NCBI GenBank assembly: GCA_002730795.1
Contig: PCAX01000017.1
Coordinates: 30,866 to 74,038, forward strand
Length of the DNA: 43,173 nucleotides
Reading direction: 5' to 3'
From: Chloroflexota bacterium
GTDB lineage: Bacteria > Chloroflexota > Dehalococcoidia > Lucifugimonadales > Lucifugimonadaceae
Program-made: the position numbers and the translations under genes
Part shown: piece after piece, positions 18,769 to 30,311 of the stretch
How the letters are laid out: each line of letters opens with the position of its first letter
Position numbering within the stretch: position 1 is the first letter of the stretch
Notes under the pieces: model-generated
The model's database searches: none
Told to the model about the DNA's origin: nothing
The model's input: the letters and a program-made list of their open reading frames with translations, nothing else

Positions 18769-19392
18769 TCATTTTCCATTTGTTTTATTCATCGCTGTTT
18801 CTATTCCGGAATATATTATTAATTCCACGGCTTTTACTGAATGTTTTATACCGTTATCCAAAAAGCATTTTTGGTCCGGGGGTATTTTACTTAGAACATA
18901 GTTAATTTGGTCACGTTTATCTTTTGGTGTCCCTATTCCTATCCTGATTCTCGGGAAATCTTCTGTACCGAGTGATCTGATAGCTGATTTAATGCCATTG
19001 TGTCCTCCATCACCTCCAGATGAACGTACTCGGACATTACCTATCCTTAAGTTAATATCATCTGAAATGACGATTATATTTTTTGGATGGACAGAAAATT
19101 TTTTTTGATAGTATTCGATTGCTATCCCCGAATTATTCATATAGGTGGTAGGACAGATGACGAATATTTGACGACCCGATATTAGGCCCATTCCAAACTC
19201 GGCGTAAGATTCGGTAGAAAATTTTAAACCATATTTTCTTGAGATAGTATACGCACATGCTGATCCGATATTATGCCTACTATCAATGTGTTCTTGCCCA
19301 GGATTACCAAGACCGACTATGAGGAATTTAGCATCAGAATTTGGTTTGGTCTTTCTTTTAGAAAAGATATCACTAAATAATCTAGAAACCAC
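18769..19392 (-). CDS. pth: Peptidyl-tRNA hydrolase
   Basis: 'LIVGLGNPG..H..SRHNIG' and 'GGHNGIKS'. GTG start gives a ~20-aa basic N-terminal extension. Confidence 0.92.
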   Translation of the reverse strand: MVSRLFSDIFSKRKTKPNSDAKFLIVGLGNPGQEHIDSRHNIGSACAYTISRKYGLKFSTESYAEFGMGLISGRQIFVICPTTYMNNSGIAIEYYQKKFSVHPKNIIVISDDINLRIGNVRVRSSGGDGGHNGIKSAIRSLGTEDFPRIRIGIGTPKDKRDQINYVLSKIPPDQKCFLDNGIKHSVKAVELIIYSGIETAMNKTNGK

Positions 19393-19396
19393 GGAA

Positions 19397-21493
<2,097 letters not shown>

Positions 21494-21555
21494 TCAACGA
21501 TGAACAAAATATACTCTAAAGGCGATTATTCTTTAAACAAGTGCGAAGAGGAAAT

Positions 21556-22839
21556 ATGGCCGTAATAAAACCTTTTAGAGGAATAAGGTTTAACGAAAAC
21601 ATTTCAGGGGACCTTGGATCAAATATATGCCCCCCGTTCGATGCTATAACTCCTGAACTATTTTCAAGTCTTTGTGAACGTTCCCCTTACAACATTGTCA
21701 GGCTAGAGCTGGCTCGTGAAGATTACTCAGAACGTTCGTATGATCAAGCTGTAATAACTCAAACCAAGTGGTTGGAAACAGGTGTTCTTGTTCGAGATAA
21801 TAAACCGTCTATTTACGTGACTGAAGAAAAATTTATTTTTGAGGGTAATCCATTTAGTAGGCTAGGATTAATATCCGCGGTGCGTTTGGAAGATTATGAC
21901 TCAAAAATAATACTTCCGCACGAAAACACAAGGAGTGAATGGGTAGATGACCGAGTTACATTAATGGAGAAGGTAAACGCTAATTATAGCCCTCTTTTGC
22001 TTTTGTTTCGAGATGATTCAAGGAATACTGTTGGAGCAATTTTGCGTGCAGTTTCGGGTGGTAAACCTGACGCGATTTATAAAACTGAAGATATGCCGGA
22101 AACAAAGTTATGGCGAATAACTGATAAAGGTACAATAGAAGTGCTTTCTTCAGTTTTACAGGATTCTCAACTATACATTGCTGACGGACATCATCGGTAT
22201 GAGGCGGCATTGCGTTACAGGGGAGGGGTTCGTTCTCATCGAGAAATTCTTTCATCTGAATCTCTAAATTACAGGATAATGCTACTTGTATCGATAGACC
22301 AACCAGGGCTTATTACTCGAGGTTATCACAGGGTAATTCATGGAATATCCGAAAAACAAGGAAATGAAATTTTAGATATCTTAAAAAATAAGTGTATCTT
22401 GGATGATTGTGAATCGAATAACGTGAAATCAACCTCTGATTTTATAGATATGTTAGGTAAAAGGGCTGGTGACGAAGTCTGTTTCGGAATCTACGGACCA
22501 CAAGTTGGAAGATTTAGAATGGTAAAAGCTAAAGGCAACATGCGGAATGAAAACGATCTTTATAAATCGGAATATTCATGGGTACAAAGGGAGATTTTTT
22601 CGAAAACTTTTGAAAATGAAGACAGTGGTAAGTATATAAACCCTGTATATGATGCAGAGGAAGTAGTGAAAGCTGTTGATACTGGAAAAGGATACTTGGG
22701 AGTATTAATGCGACCGACTAATGTAGATGAGTTTGTTTCCATAGTTACAAGAGGTTGGAGACTGCCAGCTAAGGCGACTAATTTTTTCCCAAAACCACCA
22801 GCTGGTATGGTGATGCAAAATTTATATGGAGATTTGTAA
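21556..22839 (+). CDS. DUF1015 family protein
   Basis: 'MAVIKPFRGIRF', 'LPHE.T' and 'YIADGHHRYEAAL' are hallmark DUF1015 motifs. The ORF opens at GTG 21541, but ATG 21556 follows a GAGGA Shine-Dalgarno. Confidence 0.8.
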   Translation: MAVIKPFRGIRFNENISGDLGSNICPPFDAITPELFSSLCERSPYNIVRLELAREDYSERSYDQAVITQTKWLETGVLVRDNKPSIYVTEEKFIFEGNPFSRLGLISAVRLEDYDSKIILPHENTRSEWVDDRVTLMEKVNANYSPLLLLFRDDSRNTVGAILRAVSGGKPDAIYKTEDMPETKLWRITDKGTIEVLSSVLQDSQLYIADGHHRYEAALRYRGGVRSHREILSSESLNYRIMLLVSIDQPGLITRGYHRVIHGISEKQGNEILDILKNKCILDDCESNNVKSTSDFIDMLGKRAGDEVCFGIYGPQVGRFRMVKAKGNMRNENDLYKSEYSWVQREIFSKTFENEDSGKYINPVYDAEEVVKAVDTGKGYLGVLMRPTNVDEFVSIVTRGWRLPAKATNFFPKPPAGMVMQNLYGDL

Positions 22840-22854
22840 AAATTTAGCAGTTTG

Positions 22855-23949
22855 TTAGAAAGATTCTAATACTTCGCCTACGGCCAAAAAGGTTTCGTCA
22901 ATTTGTTTTTTTTCAACGAATCCCATGTGCCCTATTCTGAAAATTTTTCCTGTAAGGGATTTTTGTCCTCCTCCCACGACAATATTGTGTCTTTCGCGTA
23001 TTGTAGATACCAAAGCATTCCCATCGATAGATTTTGGTAATTTTATAGCGGTAACAGTATCGGAGGCAACATCAAGATCAGGCAATATTTCTAGTCCGTT
23101 GTTAAGAGCTTTATTCCTTGTATAATTTGCAATTTCTGTGTGCCTATCGAAAACATGTTCCATCCCTTCATCTAACATATTTTGTAGACTAACGTTTAAG
23201 GCATACATTGCACTGAGGCATGGTGTAAACGGCGATTGGCCAATTTGTAAATAATCCTCATATTGCTGAAAATCGAAATAATATTTCGCATTTGACGATA
23301 TTCGGTTTTTATCCCAAGCTCTTTTAGATACGGTTACCATGGCGATACCGGGAGGGGATACCCAACTTTTTTGTGATGCCGTTGCGACTACGTCTATGCC
23401 CCATTTGTCTACGTGGATTGGAATACCAGCTGCACTTGAAACGGCATCCACTAATATTAATGCATTAGATTCTTCGCGAATAATTCCACAAATCTTTTCT
23501 AAGTTATTCGTAACACCTGTCGAACTTTCATTATGTGTAAAAATTACAGCACTTAAATCTTTTATAGTTCTAATTTTTGATCTAATCTTGTCTAAGTCAG
23601 CCGGTTTGCCTAGAGGGAATTCTAGTTTAGTTACATTAGCACCATAGGAGGTTGCTATTTCCGTAAATCGTTCTCCGAATACTCCTATAACTATAGATAG
23701 AACTTTGTCACCTTTTTCAATGGTATTAGCTATTGCTGCTTCCATTGCACCGGTTCCGGACGTAGTGATGAAATAAGCATCATTTGTGGTGAAAAGTGCG
23801 GACTTCAGATTTTTAGTCATGGAATGAAGCATTTCAGCGTATTCCGGGCCTCTATGGTTAATCATTTGTGACCCGACTGTTTTTAGTATGTTATCTGGTA
23901 AAGGAACTGGTCCAGGAATGCGGAGGTTTGTGCTTTTATTAGTAAACAA
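22855..23949 (-). CDS. Class V PLP-dependent aminotransferase (serine-pyruvate / alanine-glyoxylate / phosphoserine aminotransferase-like)
   Basis: 'IPGPVPLP', 'SGTGAMEAA', 'DAVSS' and 'ASQKSW' (PLP-Lys context). TTG start. Exact amino donor/acceptor not assignable from sequence. Confidence 0.8.
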   Translation of the reverse strand: MFTNKSTNLRIPGPVPLPDNILKTVGSQMINHRGPEYAEMLHSMTKNLKSALFTTNDAYFITTSGTGAMEAAIANTIEKGDKVLSIVIGVFGERFTEIATSYGANVTKLEFPLGKPADLDKIRSKIRTIKDLSAVIFTHNESSTGVTNNLEKICGIIREESNALILVDAVSSAAGIPIHVDKWGIDVVATASQKSWVSPPGIAMVTVSKRAWDKNRISSNAKYYFDFQQYEDYLQIGQSPFTPCLSAMYALNVSLQNMLDEGMEHVFDRHTEIANYTRNKALNNGLEILPDLDVASDTVTAIKLPKSIDGNALVSTIRERHNIVVGGGQKSLTGKIFRIGHMGFVEKKQIDETFLAVGEVLESF

Positions 23950-24017
23950 TTCGATACCTTATACTTGGCAAAATTCAAATTTGGTTATTAAAATATTTTA
24001 CTATCGAATACAAGTTT

Positions 24018-25328
24018 TCATTCTATTATTTTGACAATCGAATGATTCTTTTTGCCGCGTCTTATTACCAATAAAGTTCCTTTGTTAAAATCAGATAATT
24101 GGACTTTCATATTTTGATCTTCTACGTTTAAACTATTCAAATAAAATCCACCTTGTATTACCGTTCTTCTTACATCACCTTTTGAAAACCCCATCTTGGC
24201 TGCGAAAGCTAATTCTATAAATGGTATTCCTTCTCCTTCAACTAGGGTTTTCGATATTTGAGTTATGGGAGCCCCTTTTAAAACGTCCAAAGTTTCCTCG
24301 GGATTTAAACTGTTAAAGTCACCAGAAAAAAAGGCTTTTGTTACTCTCATCGCTGTTTGTAAACCGGAATCTCCGTGGACTAAAGTTGTAATATTTTCTG
24401 ATAGGGCAATTTGGGCACTTCTTTTTTTAGGTTCAGAATTTGTGATCATTTCCAAAGTATCAATTGTTTTTTTACTCATATCTGTAAATAATTTTAAGTA
24501 ATAGATTACATCAGAGTCAGCGGTATTTAAAAAAAATTGGTAAAACTTGTACGGAGAAGTTTCTTTTGGGTTGATTGTTATGTTGCCACCTATGGATTTA
24601 CCAATTTTTTCACCCAGTGAATTCGTAATTAAAGGGTAAACTAATCCATGAACGACACCTTTTGAATTATTTTTATTATTATGGATTTTTCGAATTAAGT
24701 TTACGCCTGCTATTATATTTCCCCATTGATCGCTACCTCCAGTTTGAAGTTCGCACCCATATTTTTCGTGTAACATCAAAAAATCGTATGCTTGCAATAC
24801 TTGGTAACTAAATTCGGTGAAGGAAATACCAGATTCTCTGTCCAACCGGCCCTTAACGGATTCTTTGGATAACATATTATTTACATTAAAGTGTTTTCCA
24901 ACATTCCGTAAAAAATCTATTAATTTTTCTTGTCGAAGCCAATCTGTATTGTTAATTAATTTTGCTGGATTGTTCTTTGAGTTAATATCTAAAAATTTTT
25001 CCAATTGTAATTTGATGGCTTCTACGTTTTCTTCGACTTGGTTTGTGTCAAGTAATTGGCGTTCCTCGCTTTTGCCTGATGGATCTCCTATCATTCCTGT
25101 CCCTCCACCTATGATGGCGATAGGGGTATGACCGTATTTCTGAAATCTCATTAGACCGGTGATTGGGATTAAATTTCCCACGTGCAAACTTGGAGATGTT
25201 GGGTCAAAGCCGTTGTAACAAGTTACGGGATTGCCCGCGAGCCTTTTGAATACACCTGGAGTGGAATCATATAGAAGTTCTCTCCAAACGAGTTCGTCAT
25301 ATATATTTGTTTTATTCGAAATTGCCAA
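24018..25328 (-). CDS. tyrS: Tyrosyl-tRNA synthetase
   Basis: 'YNGFDPTSPSLHVGNL' (HIGH variant), 'GGSDQWGNI', 'KIGKS' (KMSKS variant) and a C-terminal S4-like domain. TTG start. Confidence 0.93.
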   Translation of the reverse strand: MAISNKTNIYDELVWRELLYDSTPGVFKRLAGNPVTCYNGFDPTSPSLHVGNLIPITGLMRFQKYGHTPIAIIGGGTGMIGDPSGKSEERQLLDTNQVEENVEAIKLQLEKFLDINSKNNPAKLINNTDWLRQEKLIDFLRNVGKHFNVNNMLSKESVKGRLDRESGISFTEFSYQVLQAYDFLMLHEKYGCELQTGGSDQWGNIIAGVNLIRKIHNNKNNSKGVVHGLVYPLITNSLGEKIGKSIGGNITINPKETSPYKFYQFFLNTADSDVIYYLKLFTDMSKKTIDTLEMITNSEPKKRSAQIALSENITTLVHGDSGLQTAMRVTKAFFSGDFNSLNPEETLDVLKGAPITQISKTLVEGEGIPFIELAFAAKMGFSKGDVRRTVIQGGFYLNSLNVEDQNMKVQLSDFNKGTLLVIRRGKKNHSIVKIIE

Positions 25329-25368
25329 GGTTTGTCATTGTCATTTTGTGTGATGGATACATAAAAAT

Positions 25369-26310
25369 TTAATAAATAGATACAACAATTTTTTTTGATT
25401 GACAAATATCTAACTTCATTTGTTCTATGAGTTCTTCTTCTGAGTGGAATTTTATCTCGTCTCTAAGTTTTTGAACGAAGATTAAACCTATTTTACGCCC
25501 ATATAAATCGCCGTCAAAATCAGAAATATGAGATTCTACGGTTAATTTTCCTGCTGGTTCAAAGGTGGGGTTATAGCCTATGCTAGTTGTCGCAGGATGG
25601 GAATTGTCATCTATTTGCGCTACACAAGCGAATATTCCGGTTCCTGGAATCAACAATTTTTTTTCAGGTTTTATATTGGCTGTTGGAAACCCCAAAAGCC
25701 GACCTCTTTCGTGGCCCCGTACTACCTGTCCTTCAAGTTTGTAATATCTTCCAAGTAAATCTTTTGTTTCCAAAAACTGTCCTTTTGTTATAGCTGAACG
25801 TATATTTGAGCTGGAATATCTAGTACTTTTATACAATTTTATTTGGATAGGTATTATTTCTATCGCACAGTTCGTTTCGTGATCGGTAACAAGTTCTTTT
25901 ATTTGTTTTTGGTCGTATCCGATTCTGGCATTCTCTCCAGCTACCAGAGATGTAGCACCGATATGGTTCCGTAAGGTGTTCAAAAATTCGGTAGAACTCA
26001 GGTTTCTTATTGACCTATTAAATTCGATCAGTATTACGTGGTCAACATAGGATTTAATTAATCGAACCCGTTCCTCTAGTGGGCATAAATAATTTACATT
26101 GTTATCTTTGTTTATTATGGATCTTGGAGCATTTTTAAAGACGATGGCTATAGATGGAGCATTATTTTTTTTTGCGACAGCGCTTAGAGTGTTCAAAAGT
26201 GCTTGATGACCGAGATGTACCCCATCGAAAGTGCCGATACTTATGACACTCTTTTCAATAAAAACCCCTTGTTCTTTTAGTTGTTTATCGAGCGGTATGT
26301 TTGGATGCAC
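25369..26310 (-). CDS. ribF: Bifunctional riboflavin kinase / FMN adenylyltransferase
   Basis: 'IGTFDGVHLGHQ.L' in the adenylyltransferase domain. 'G.V..G...GR.LGFPTAN' and 'E.H..DF.GDLYG' in the kinase domain. Confidence 0.93.
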   Translation of the reverse strand: MHPNIPLDKQLKEQGVFIEKSVISIGTFDGVHLGHQALLNTLSAVAKKNNAPSIAIVFKNAPRSIINKDNNVNYLCPLEERVRLIKSYVDHVILIEFNRSIRNLSSTEFLNTLRNHIGATSLVAGENARIGYDQKQIKELVTDHETNCAIEIIPIQIKLYKSTRYSSSNIRSAITKGQFLETKDLLGRYYKLEGQVVRGHERGRLLGFPTANIKPEKKLLIPGTGIFACVAQIDDNSHPATTSIGYNPTFEPAGKLTVESHISDFDGDLYGRKIGLIFVQKLRDEIKFHSEEELIEQMKLDICQSKKIVVSIY

Positions 26311-26326
26311 GGATTACTCCGTTTGT

Positions 26327-27382
26327 TTAAATAATTTTCGCCAGTTCCGTTTGGGTATCAAGAATTAATTTTTCGGTGGTGGACCAGTTGATACAAGCGT
26401 CCGTGATTGAAACTCCATATTTTAGAGAACTTGGATTAACCAATCCCTGATTACCTTCATTTATGTGACTTTCTAACATAATCCCAACAATTGCTTTATT
26501 TCCCTTGGATTTTTGATCCATCACGTTTTTTAGTACCATTGGTTGACGTTTGTGATCTTTGTTTGAATTAGCATGTGAGCAATCTATTACCACACTGGGT
26601 TGAAGACCTGATTTTTCAATTAATTCTACTGCATCCGAAACTGAACCTTCATCATAATTCGGGCCTTTTGAACCGCCCCTGAGAATAAGATGGTTTGCAC
26701 TGTTACCTTTAGTGTGAATGATGCTTGCGTTACCCGCTATGTCAATCCCCAGAAAAGCGTGTGGAGAACTGGCGGCCACCATCCCATCTATTGCTATTTG
26801 GAGGCTTCCGCCTGTACCGTTTTTAAATCCTATTGGCATTGAAAGACCACTCGCCATTTGTCGGTGAGTTTGACTTTCAGTTGTTCGAGCCCCTATGGCT
26901 CCCCATGAAACTAAATCAGCTAGATACTGAGGAGTAAAAGGGTCTAGAAATTCTGTCCCTGTAGGCAATCCTAATTTATTTACTTCGATGAGAAACTTTC
27001 TTGCCCGTTTTAACCCCTGGGTAATATCAAAAGATCCATCCAAATTAGGATCATTAATCAAACCTTTCCATCCAACTGTAGTTCGTGGTTTTTCGAAATA
27101 AACTCTCATTACAACAAGTATTTGATCCTCAACTTTTTGGGCGAGATTCACCAAACGTTTAGCATAGTCCAGACCTGCTTCCTCATCGTGTATTGAACAT
27201 GGACCGACTATCATTAACAATCTTCTGTCTTGTAGATCAATTATCCGTTCGATATCTTGGCGCCCTTTTACAACAACTTCTGATATCTCATTAGATATCG
27301 GTAGGTTTTTTAAAAAGTCCGATGGTGGATCCAATTGTTGGATTTTAGAAACCCTGACATCTGATGTTTTTGATATTTCCAT
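26327..27382 (-). CDS. aroG: 3-deoxy-7-phosphoheptulonate (DAHP) synthase, class I (E. coli AroF/G/H type)
   Basis: 'IVGPCSIHD', 'KPRTTVGWKGLINDP' and 'IDCSHANS.KDH..Q'. Isoenzyme and feedback specificity not assignable. Confidence 0.9.
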   Translation of the reverse strand: MEISKTSDVRVSKIQQLDPPSDFLKNLPISNEISEVVVKGRQDIERIIDLQDRRLLMIVGPCSIHDEEAGLDYAKRLVNLAQKVEDQILVVMRVYFEKPRTTVGWKGLINDPNLDGSFDITQGLKRARKFLIEVNKLGLPTGTEFLDPFTPQYLADLVSWGAIGARTTESQTHRQMASGLSMPIGFKNGTGGSLQIAIDGMVAASSPHAFLGIDIAGNASIIHTKGNSANHLILRGGSKGPNYDEGSVSDAVELIEKSGLQPSVVIDCSHANSNKDHKRQPMVLKNVMDQKSKGNKAIVGIMLESHINEGNQGLVNPSSLKYGVSITDACINWSTTEKLILDTQTELAKII

Positions 27383-27512
27383 AATTTTTCTAATTTATTT
27401 CTGACTATTTGAATATTTCTCTAAAATATCTGTCTGAATGATTCAGGTTAAATAATTAACAATAATTTCTGAAAGATTCGTTAATTTAACACTACTATTT
27501 TATATGGAGTTG

Positions 27513-27875
27513 TCATAAAATATCTGGCCTTAAGATGCTAGCGTCTCTAAGATAAGCATGAGATATTTCGTTCTGCATAAGATTTGTATTCCACATAATC
27601 AGAATCCGAATACATTTTTGTAAAGCCCCGTTTTTATGCATTTCATGGCTGCACATGAGTGGTACGTTGTCCCACTTAATTCTTTCTCTGGCCACCCTGG
27701 CGGGAAATTCTGCTGTCAGATCCGGACTGGTTGTAAAAAAAACAGCTGCTACGTCTTCTTGGTTTATATTGTTTCGGCGAATTAATTCTTCTAGTAATTC
27801 GGCTGAAGCCTGCATAATAGCCTCGGCCGAATTGTCCTGCACCGTAATGGCACCTTTAACTCCATGTATTTTCAT
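27513..27875 (-). CDS. aroH: Chorismate mutase, AroH class
   Basis: 120 aa. 'IHGVKGAITV..N....I......LL.E....N.I...D...V.FT.T.DL...FPA...R' matches the monofunctional B. subtilis-type AroH fold pattern. Confidence 0.8.
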   Translation of the reverse strand: MKIHGVKGAITVQDNSAEAIMQASAELLEELIRRNNINQEDVAAVFFTTSPDLTAEFPARVARERIKWDNVPLMCSHEMHKNGALQKCIRILIMWNTNLMQNEISHAYLRDASILRPDIL

Positions 27876-27895
27876 ATTCCCTATATTTTATCCAA

Positions 27896-28711
27896 TCAAA
27901 GATTTCCAAGTGTTTTTACAAAATCAGATGCTCGTTGAGGGGCCAAATCAATTTTATCTACCCCAATTTGTTCTATTAACGCAGCACCAAAAACCGCAGC
28001 ATCCGCATATTTGGCAATTTCCTCTACGTGCTGTTGAGTAGAAACCCCAAAACCTACAGCGACAGGGATATTTGTCGACTTCCGAACCTTGTCAACCAAT
28101 TTGCGAACTTCAACATTTACGGATTTTCTAGTCCCTGTTACTCCTAATACAGAAATACAGTACACGAATCCTGAAGCCTTTTGGCAGGCCAAATTTATTG
28201 TTTCATCAGTAGAAGTTAATGCTAGTAGCGGTATAAGCGATATGTTGTTTTTTGTAGCATTTATTAATAGTGGATCTGATTCTGAAGCGGGTAGGTCTGC
28301 TACTATCAAACCGTCCACACCAACTGACGCAGCCTCCAGACAAAAATTATCAAGCCCTCTGGCGTATATCGGATTGTAATATCCCATACAAACCAAAGGT
28401 ACTTTTACACCCCTAGATCTTATCTTTTCAATAACCTCAAGGCAATTGTCCATCGTAGTTCCGTTTTTTAGAGAGATACTACTAGATTTTTGTATAGTTG
28501 GCCCTTCAGCCAATGGATCACTGAAAGGAATTCCTAGTTCAACGACATCTGCGCCAGCGGCGCAAACGCTTTCTACAATATCCGGAGTTGATTTTAAATC
28601 AGGGTATCCTATGGTGACAAAAGGTATTAATGCTGCTCTGCCTTGCCTTTTAGCATTATAAATACTTGTTGATATTTTGTTTTTTTCTGAATTAATTTTC
28701 AATATAACCAT
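27896..28711 (-). CDS. trpA: Tryptophan synthase alpha chain
   Basis: 'LIPFVTIGYPD', 'ADVVELGIPFSDPLAEGPTIQ' and 'GFGVST'. No trpB is adjacent. Confidence 0.92.
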   Translation of the reverse strand: MVILKINSEKNKISTSIYNAKRQGRAALIPFVTIGYPDLKSTPDIVESVCAAGADVVELGIPFSDPLAEGPTIQKSSSISLKNGTTMDNCLEVIEKIRSRGVKVPLVCMGYYNPIYARGLDNFCLEAASVGVDGLIVADLPASESDPLLINATKNNISLIPLLALTSTDETINLACQKASGFVYCISVLGVTGTRKSVNVEVRKLVDKVRKSTNIPVAVGFGVSTQQHVEEIAKYADAAVFGAALIEQIGVDKIDLAPQRASDFVKTLGNL

Positions 28712-29658
28712 CCCAGTTTGTTTGAAAGGATAACTAATAATAGAGCTGTTGTGTTATGTAAACTATGCGCAAATATGGGCACCCATATCGTTTTAGTTCT
28801 CCAATATAAAAATGTAAAACTCATTCCAAGTACGAATGCTACAAAATAAGCACCTACATCCACATGGCTTACAGCGAAAACAATGGACGATATTATAGAA
28901 GCAATGATAATCTTTTTTTCCCCGCGGAAAAGCTTAATTAGACCCGAAAACATAAATCCTCTAAAAAAAAGTTCTTCACTTATTGGGGCAAGTACCGAAA
29001 CTATAATTAGCATCACAAATACATTTTCCCCAGTCGCGTTAAATAATTCTCTAGCACTATCAGGTGGAATTAGCTTTTCTATAATTCCGTTTGATCCAAA
29101 TTTGATTAATAGAGATGTCCAAACGCCTACGATTAGAATCGATATTATCCATGTAACTATGGCCAGTTTAATATCTTGTACCCACAACGGTTTTACAAAA
29201 CCCAAATTTCCGAAAGATGTTTTGTGTTTTCCTATCGTGAAAGATGCTGTAATTATTATCGTGGATAAACCTAAAAAAAATATTGTGGTTAAATCCTTTA
29301 CGCCAATTATGGTTTGATTCTGATTAGTGTCTGAGAATTGTGAAAAGTTAACTACAAAAAAAAAGACAAAACACATGCCAGTAAGAACAACTATGTACGT
29401 AGTTGGTATATGTGTAGATTTCATCAAATAATAAATTATCAATAGGGAACCTATCCCTACAATTAACGAAAATATTGGATATGAGAAAATTTTTGCGTCA
29501 TTAAAGGACGAGTTGAAATCAGGAGATATGATTGCCGCGAAAAAATTTATTAGTAATAGAATTAATACGGCTTGAACTATATCGACGTAAGACCACTTAG
29601 ACTTACTTATTACATCGATATTATTTCTTCCAGACGATGTCACCGTAGGTATTTTCAC
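28699..29658 (-). CDS. CPBP-family (CAAX-type) intramembrane glutamic protease
   Basis: Polytopic membrane protein with 'SEELFFRGF' (EExxxR) and 'FAVSH...' / 'FAHSLHN' motifs. GTG start overlaps the end of the upstream MBL gene. Confidence 0.8.
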   Translation of the reverse strand: MKIPTVTSSGRNNIDVISKSKWSYVDIVQAVLILLLINFFAAIISPDFNSSFNDAKIFSYPIFSLIVGIGSLLIIYYLMKSTHIPTTYIVVLTGMCFVFFFVVNFSQFSDTNQNQTIIGVKDLTTIFFLGLSTIIITASFTIGKHKTSFGNLGFVKPLWVQDIKLAIVTWIISILIVGVWTSLLIKFGSNGIIEKLIPPDSARELFNATGENVFVMLIIVSVLAPISEELFFRGFMFSGLIKLFRGEKKIIIASIISSIVFAVSHVDVGAYFVAFVLGMSFTFLYWRTKTIWVPIFAHSLHNTTALLLVILSNKLGWLY

Positions 29659-30283
29659 TCATCGGTTTGTTTTTAAAATATTCATACTCTTCTTTGGATT
29701 CTTTTATTGTAGTAAACGCTCCATGCCCAGGTAGAACTTTCGTTAGATCGGGTAGGTTGTGTAATTTTTCAGTTATAGATTTCAGGAGTTGAAGGAACGT
29801 TTTGTGACTACTTGATTTTCCAGGGCCGCCCGGAAACAGTGTATCTCCCGAAAATAGTTGAGGTTGACTACCTGGCGATTCAGCGGGTAACAAAAAGCAC
29901 GTCGAACCTGGAGTGTGTCCGGGAGTGGAAATAGACCTAATGACTATGCTACCGAATTGTTTCGTAGTATCGTCCGTTACAGATAAAATACTCTCGGGAG
30001 TCAAAGGTATAGATTGCGAGTCTTTTTTTCCTATTCCGACAGGGACTGGAAATTCACGGTACACGTCAGCGAACCCCGCTAAATGATCCTTGTGCCCGTG
30101 GGTTATATAAATGCCACTGATATTTTTCGTTCGAGCAGCCCGTATCAATTCCGATGGATTTTCAGGAGTATCTATAATAATTGATGTATTTGTCTGTTTA
30201 CACGATACTAGATAAGCATTATTCGAAAACCCCGACACAAATTTTTGAATCAACCATAATTTTCCCGAATATATTAGACTCAT
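29621..30283 (-). CDS. MBL-fold metallo-hydrolase (glyoxalase II-like)
   Basis: 'ITHGHKDHLAG' (HxHxDH), 'TPGHTPGS', 'SGDTLF.GG.G' and a C-terminal 'PGHG'. Confidence 0.85.
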   Translation of the reverse strand: MSLIYSGKLWLIQKFVSGFSNNAYLVSCKQTNTSIIIDTPENPSELIRAARTKNISGIYITHGHKDHLAGFADVYREFPVPVGIGKKDSQSIPLTPESILSVTDDTTKQFGSIVIRSISTPGHTPGSTCFLLPAESPGSQPQLFSGDTLFPGGPGKSSSHKTFLQLLKSITEKLHNLPDLTKVLPGHGAFTTIKESKEEYEYFKNKPMSENTYGDIVWKK

Positions 30284-30311
30284 CCTATTATTCTAATTAT
30301 TTACGTTTGTT

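Noticed and set aside
27383-27512. Short inverted repeat CTGAAT-G-ATTCAG in the aroH/DAHP-synthase spacer as a terminator or attenuator
   Set aside because: The effective stem is only ~4 bp once a viable loop is allowed, and there is no U-tract.
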